Shown here: positions 56,501-64,000 of the stretch, piece after piece
Numbering within the stretch: the first letter of the stretch is position 1
How the letters are laid out: every line of letters begins with the position of its first letter
Source of the DNA: Eledone cirrhosa
Taxonomy: Eukaryota
NCBI GenBank assembly: GCA_964016885.1
Contig: OZ024740.1
Location: 295,802,001 to 295,866,000, forward strand
Direction: 5' to 3'
DNA: 64,000 bases
Notes under the pieces: generated by a model
What the model saw: the letters and a program-made list of their open reading frames with translations, nothing else
What the model was told of the DNA's origin: nothing
Databases searched by the model: none
Position numbers and translations under genes: made by a program

Positions 56501-59500
56501 GTATCCAAGAATATATTATATAGACAGTGAGTGTACCTGAAAATATATATTATATAGACAGTGAGTGTACCTAAGAATATATTATATAGACAGTGAATGT
56601 ATCCAAGAATATATTATATAGATAGTGAGTGTATCTGAGAATATATTATATAGACAGTGACTGTACATAAGAATATATTATATAGATAGTGAGTGTATCC
56701 AAGAATATATTATATAGACAGTGAGTGTACCTGAGAATATATTATATAGACAGTGAGTGTACCTAAGAATATATTATATAGACAGTGAATGTATCCAAGA
56801 ATATATTATATAGATAGTGAGTGTATCTGAGAATATATTATATAGACAGTGAGTGTACCTAAGAATATATTATATAGATAGTGAGTGTATCTAAGAATAT
56901 ATTATATAGATAGTGAGTGTACCTAAGAATATATTATATAGACAGTGAGTGTACCTAAGAATATATTATATAGACAGTGAGTGTACCAAGGAATATATCA
57001 TATAGACAGTGAGTGTACCTAAGCATATATTATATAGACAGTGAGTGTACCTAAGATTATATTATATAGACAATGAGTGTAACTAAGAATATATTATAAA
57101 GACAGTGAGTGTACCCGAGAATATATTATATAGACAGTGATTGTACCTAAGAATATATTATATAGACAGTGAGTGTACCTAACAATATATTATATAGACA
57201 GTGAGTGTACCTAACAATATATTATATAGAAAGTGAGTGTACCAAACAATATATTATATTGACAGTGAGTGTACTAAAAGAATATATTATATAGACAGTG
57301 AGTGTACCTAAGAATATATTATATAGAGAGTGAGTGTACCTAAGAATATATTATATAGACAGTGAGTGTACCTAAGAATATATTACATAGACAGTGATTG
57401 TACCTAAGAATATATTATATAGACAGTGAGTGTACCTGAAAATATATATTATATAGACAGTGAGTGTACCTAAGAATATATTATATAGACAGTGAATGTA
57501 TCCAAGAATATATTATATAGATAGTGAGTGTACCTGAGAATATATTATATAGACAGTGAGTGTACATAAGAATATATTATATATATAATGAGTGTATCCA
57601 AGAATATATTATATAGACAGTGAGTGTACCTGAAAATATATATTATATAGACAGTGAGTTTACCTAAGAATATATTATATAGACAGTGAATGTACCTAAG
57701 AATATATTATATAGACAGTGAGTGTATCTGAGAATATATTATATAGACAGTGAGTGTACATAAGAATATATTATATAGACAGTGAGCGTACCTAAGAATA
57801 TATTATATAGATAGTGTGTGTACCTGAGAATATATTGTATAGACAGTGAGTGTACCTAAGAATATATTATATAGAGTGTGAGTGTTCCTAAGAATATATT
57901 ATATAGACAGTGAGTGTACTGAATATATATTATATAGACAATGAGTGTACCTAAGAATATATTATATAGACAGTGAGTGTACCTAAGAATATATTATATA
58001 GACAGTGAGTGTACCTAAGAATATATTATATAGACAGTGAGTGTACCTAAGAATATATTATATAGACAGTGAGTGTAACTAAGAATATATTATATAGAGT
58101 GTGAGTGTTCCTAAGAATATATTATATAGACAGTGAGTGTACTGAATATATATTATATAGACAATGAGTGTACCTAAGTATATATTATATAGACAGTGAG
58201 TGTACCTAACAATATATTATATAGACAGTGAGTGTACCTAAGAATATATTATATAGACAGCCAGTGTACTGAATATATATTATATATACAATGAGTGTAC
58301 CTAAGAATATATTATATAGACAGTGAGTGTACCTAAGAATATATTATATAGACAGTGAGTGTACCTAAGAATATATTATATAGACAGTGAGTGTACCTAA
58401 GAATATATTATATAGACAGTGAGTGTTCCTAAGAATATATTATATAGACAGTGAGTGTACTGAATATATATTATATAGACAATGAGTGTACCTAAGAATA
58501 TATTATATAGACAGTGAGTGTACCTAAGAATATATTATATAGATAGTGAGCGTACCTGAGATTATATTATATAGACAGTGAGTGTACCTAAGAATATATT
58601 ATATAGACAGTGAGTGTACCTAATAAAATATTATATAGAGAGTGAGTGTAACTAAGAATATATTACATAGACAGTTAGTGTACCTGACAATATATTATAT
58701 AGATAGTGAGTGTACCTAAGAATATATTATATAGACAGTGAGTGTAACTAATAATATATTATATAGACAGTGATTGTACCTAAGAATATATTATATAGGC
58801 ACTGAATGGACCTGAGAATATATTATCTAGACAATAAGTGTACCTAAGGATATATTATATAGAGAGTGAGTGTACTGAGAATATATTATATAGACAGTGA
58901 ATGTATCCAAGAATATATTATATAGACAGTGAGTGTACCTGAGAATATATTATATAGACAGTGAGTGTACCTAAGAATATATTATATAGATAGTGAGTGT
59001 ATCCAAGAATATATTATATAGACAGTGAGTGTACCTGAAAATATATATTATATAGACAGTGAGTGTACCTAAGAATATATTATATAGACAGTGAATGTAT
59101 CTGAGAATATATTATATAGACAGTGAGTGTACATAAGAATATATTATATAGATAGTGAGTGTATCCAAGAATATATTATATAGACAGTGAGTGTACCTGA
59201 GAATATATTATATAGACAGTGAGTGTACCTAAGAATATATTATATAGACAGTGAATGTATCCAAGAATATATTATATAGATAGTGAGTGTATCTGAGAAT
59301 ATATTATATAGACAGTGAGTGTACATAAGAATATATTATATAGACAGTGAGTGTACCTAAGAATATATTATATAGATAGTGAGTGTATCTAAGAATATAT
59401 TATATAGACAGTGAGTGTATCTAAGAATATATTATATAGACAGTGAGTGTACCTAAAAATATATTATATAGACAGTGAGTGTACCTAAGAATATATTATA

Positions 59501-59750
59501 TAGACAGTGAGTGTACCTAAGAATATATTATATAGACAGTGATTGTACCTAAGAATATATTATATAGACAGTGAGTGTACCTAATAATATATTATATAGA
59601 CAGTGATTGTACCGAAGAATATATTATATAGGCACTGACTGGACCTGAGAATATAATATATAGACAATAAGTGTACCTAAGAATATATTATATAGAGAGT
59701 GAGTGTACTGAGAATATATTATATAGACAGTGAGTGTACTGAGAATATAT
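47600..59750. repeat. Higher-order duplication, periods 7550 and 2367 bp
   Basis: GCGTGTACAT at 48151/55701, GTGTACCAAGGAATATATCA at 49431/56981, TATAATGAG at 50034/52401/57584. Confidence 0.85.
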
Positions 59751-62700
59751 TATATAGACAGTGAGTGTACCTAAGAATATATTATATAGAGAGTGAGTGT
59801 ACCCGAGAATATATTATATAGACACTGAGTGTACCTAAGAATATATTATATAGACAGTGAGTGTACCTAAGAATATATTATATAGACAGTGAGTGTACCT
59901 AAGAATATATTATATAGACAATGAGTGTACCTAAGAATATATTATATAGAGATTGAGTGTATCTAAGAATATATTATATAGACAGTGAGTGTACCTAAGA
60001 ATATATTATATAGACAGTGAGTGTACCTGAGAATATATTATATAGACAGTGAGTGTACCTAAGGATATATTATATAGATAGTGAGTGTACCTGAGAATAT
60101 ATTATATAGACAGTGAGTGTTCCTAATAATATATTATATAGACAGCAAGTGTACTGAATATATATTATATAGACAATGAGTGTACCTAAGAATATATTAT
60201 ATAGACACTGAGTGTACCTAAGAATATATTATATAGACAGTGAGTGTACCTAAGAATATATTATATAGACAGTGAGTGTACCTAAGAATATATTATATAG
60301 ACAGTGAGTGTACCTAAGAATATATTATATGGACAGTGACTGTTCTTAAGAATATATTATATAGACAGTGAGTGTACTGAATATATATTATATAGACAAT
60401 GAGTGTACCTAAGAATATATTATATAGACAGTGAGTGTACCTAACAATATATTATATAGACAGTGAGTGTATCTAAGAATATATTATATAGACAGCCAGT
60501 GTACTGAATATATATTATATATACAATGAGTGTACCTACGAATATATTATATAGACAGTGAGTGTACATAAGAATATATTATATAGACAGTGAGTGTACC
60601 TAAGAATATATTATATAGACAGTGAGTGTACCTAAGAATATATTATATATACAGTGAGTGTTCCTAAGAATATATTATATAGACACTGAGTGTACTGAAT
60701 ATATATTATATAGACAATGAGTGTACCTAAGAATATATTATATAGACAGTGAGTGTACCTAAGAATATATTATATAGATAGTGAGCGTACCTGAGAATAT
60801 ATTATATAGACAGTGAGTGTACCTAAGAATATATTATATAGACAGTAAGTGTACCTAATAAAATATTATATAGAGAGTGAGTGTACCTAAGAATATATTA
60901 CATAGACAGTGAGTGTACCTGACAATATATTATATAGATAGTGAGTGTACCTAAGAATATATTATATAGACAGTGAGTGTACCTAATAATATATTATATA
61001 GACAGTGATTGTACCTAAGAATATATTATATAGGCACTGAATTGAACTGAGAATATATTATCTAGACAATAAGTGTACCTAAGGATATATTATATAGAGA
61101 GTGAGTGTACTGAGAATATATTATATAGACAGTGAATGTATCCATGAATATATTATATAGACAGTGAGTGTACCTGAGAATATATTATATAGACAGTGAG
61201 TGTACCTAAGAATATATTATATAGATAGTGAGTGTATCCAAGAATATATTATATAGACAGTGAGTGTACCTGAAAATATATATTATATAGACAGTGAGTG
61301 TACCTAAGAATATATTATATAGACAGTGATTGTATCCAAGAATATATTATATAGATAGTGAGTGTATCTGAGAATATATTATATAGACAGTGAGTGTACA
61401 TAAGAATATATTATATAGATAGTGAGTGTATCCAAGAATATATTATATAGACAGTGAGTGTACCTGAGAATATATTATATAGACAGTGAGTGTACCTAAG
61501 AATATATTATATAGACAGTGAATGTATCCAAGAATATATTATATAGATAGTGAGTGTATCTGAGAATATATTATATAGACAGTGAGTGTACATAAGAATA
61601 TATTATATAGACAGTGAGTGTACCTAAGAATATATTATATAGATAGTGAGTGTATCTAAGAATATATTATATAGACAGTGAGTGTATCTAAGAATATATT
61701 ATATAGACAGTGAGTGTACCTAAGAATATATTATATAGACAGTGATTGTACCTAAGAATATATTATATAGACAGTGAGTGTACCTAATAATATATTATAT
61801 AGACAGTGATTGTACCGAAGAATATATTATATAGGCACTGACTGGACCTGAGAATATAATATATAGACAATAAGTGTACCTAAGAATATATTATATAGAG
61901 AGTGAGTGTACTGAGAATATATTATATAGACAGTGAGTTTACTGAGAATATATTATATAGACAGTGAGTGTACCTAAGAATATATTATATAGAGAGTGAG
62001 TGTACCCGAGAATATATTATATAGACACTGAGTGTACCTAAGAATATATTATATAGACAGTGAGTGTACCTAAGAATATATTATATAGACAGTGAGTGTA
62101 CCTAAGAATATATTATATAGACAATGAGTGTACCTAAGAATATATTATATAGAGATTGAGTGTATCTAAGAATATATTATATAGACAGTGAGTGTACCTA
62201 AGAATCTATTATATAGACAGTGAGTGTACCTGAGAATATATTATATAGACAGTGAGTGTACCTAAGGATATATTATATAGATAGTGAGTGTACCTGAGAA
62301 TATATTATATAGACAGTGAGTGTTCCTAATAATATATTATATAGACAGCAAGTGTACTGAATATATATTATATAGACAATGAGTGTACCTAAGAATATAT
62401 TATATAGACACTGAGTGTACCTAAGAATATATTATATAGACAGTGAGTGTACCTAAGAATATATTATATAGACAGTGAGTGTACCTAAGAATATATTATA
62501 TAGACAGTGAGTGTACCTAAGAATATATTATATGGACAGTGACTGTTCTTAAGAATATATTATATAGACAGTGAGTGTACTGAATATATATTATATAGAC
62601 AATGAGTGTACCTAAGAATATATTATATAGACAGTGAGTGTACCTAACAATATATTATATAGACAGTGAGTGTATCTAAGAATATATTATATAGACAGCC

Positions 62701-63780
62701 AGTGTACTGAATATATATTATATATACAATGAGTGTACCTACGAATATATTATATAGACAGTGAGTGTACATAAGAATATATTATATAGACAGTGAGTGT
62801 ACCTAAGAATATATTATATAGACAGTGAGTGTACCTAAGAATATATTATATATACAGTGAGTGTTCCTAAGAATATATTATATAGACACTGAGTGTACTG
62901 AATATATATTATATAGACAATGAGTGTACCTAAGAATATATTATATAGACAGTGAGTGTACCTAAGAATATATTATATAGATAGTGAGCGTACCTGAGAA
63001 TATATTATATAGACAGTGAGTGTACCTAAGAATATATTATATAGACAGTAAGTGTACCTAATAAAATATTATATAGAGAGTGAGTGTACCTAAGAATATA
63101 TTACATAGACAGTGAGTGTACCTGACAATATATTATATAGATAGTGAGTGTACCTAAGAATATATTATATAGACAGTGAGTGTACCTAATAATATATTAT
63201 ATAGACAGTGATTGTACCTAAGAATATATTATATAGGCACTGAATTGAACTGAGAATATATTATCTAGACAATAAGTGTACCTAAGGATATATTATATAG
63301 AGAGTGAGTGTACTGAGAATATATTATATAGACAGTGAATGTATCCATGAATATATTATATAGACAGTGAGTGTACCTGAGAATATATTATATAGACAGT
63401 GAGTGTACCTAAGAATATATTATATAGATAGTGAGTGTATCCAAGAATATATTATATAGACAGTGAGTGTACCTGAAAATATATATTATATAGACAGTGA
63501 GTGTACCTAAGAATATATTATATAGACAGTGATTGTATCCAAGAATATATTATATAGATAGTGAGTGTATCTCAGAATATATTATATAGACAGTGAGTGT
63601 ACATAAGAATATATTATATAGATAGTGAGTGTATCCAAGAATATATTATATAGACAGTGAGTGTACCTGAGAATATATTATATACACAGTGAGTGTACCT
63701 AAGAATATATTATATAGACAGTGAATGTATCCAAGAATATATTATATAGATAGTGAGTGTATCTGAGAATATATTATATA
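59500..63780. repeat. Tandem duplication, period 2203 bp
   Basis: GGACAGTGACTGTTCTT at 60331/62534 and ATTGAAC at 61041/63244. Confidence 0.85.
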
Positions 63781-64000
63781 GACAGTGCGTGTACATAAGA
63801 ATATATTATATAGACAGTGAGTGTACCTAAGAATATATTATATAGATAGTGAATGTACCTGAGAATATATTATATAGACAGTGAGTGTACCTAAGAATAT
63901 ATTATATAGATAGTGAGTGTACCTGAGAATATATTATATAGACAGTGAGTGTTCCTAAGAATATATTATATAGACAGCAAGTGTACTGAATATATATTAT

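Larger units (their letters stand above)
37621..64000. repeat. Tandem satellite array, 32-bp monomer, right arm (runs off the window end)
   Basis: Same monomer, orientation and phase continuity as the left arm once the insertion and one TSD copy are removed. Confidence 0.98.

Noticed and set aside
1-64000. CRISPR array (32-bp repeats) next to a reverse transcriptase
   Set aside because: Repeats are directly adjacent with no unique spacers and there are no cas genes; the RT is a eukaryotic LINE ORF2 with APE domain and TSD.

Overview
Eukaryotic repeat-dominated window. About 58 kb is a head-to-tail tandem array of an AT-rich 32-bp satellite (consensus GTGAGTGTACCTAAGAATATATTATATAGACA, roughly 1,800 monomers, one orientation throughout). 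Variant monomers reveal nested multi-kb tandem duplications with periods of about 5228, 4835, 2299, 1594, 2870, 7550, 2367 and 2203 bp. The array is interrupted once, at 31879-37620 on the minus strand, by an apparently full-length, intact non-LTR retrotransposon of the L1/Tx1 group. It has ORF1 with a CCHC knuckle, ORF2 with APE endonuclease, RT and C-terminal zinc finger, and a perfect 16-bp target-site duplication. Notable features of the element: no poly(A) tail, an (AGAT)5 tract at its 5' end, insertion into a minority GATA-bearing monomer (suggesting GATA-repeat targeting), an uninterrupted paralogous empty site at about 40491, in-frame ORF1/ORF2 with a splice-donor consensus over the ORF1 stop, and structured UTRs. 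No host genes, RNA genes or CRISPR array are supported. Duplication periods were measured by eye from marker variants, and their boundaries are approximate.
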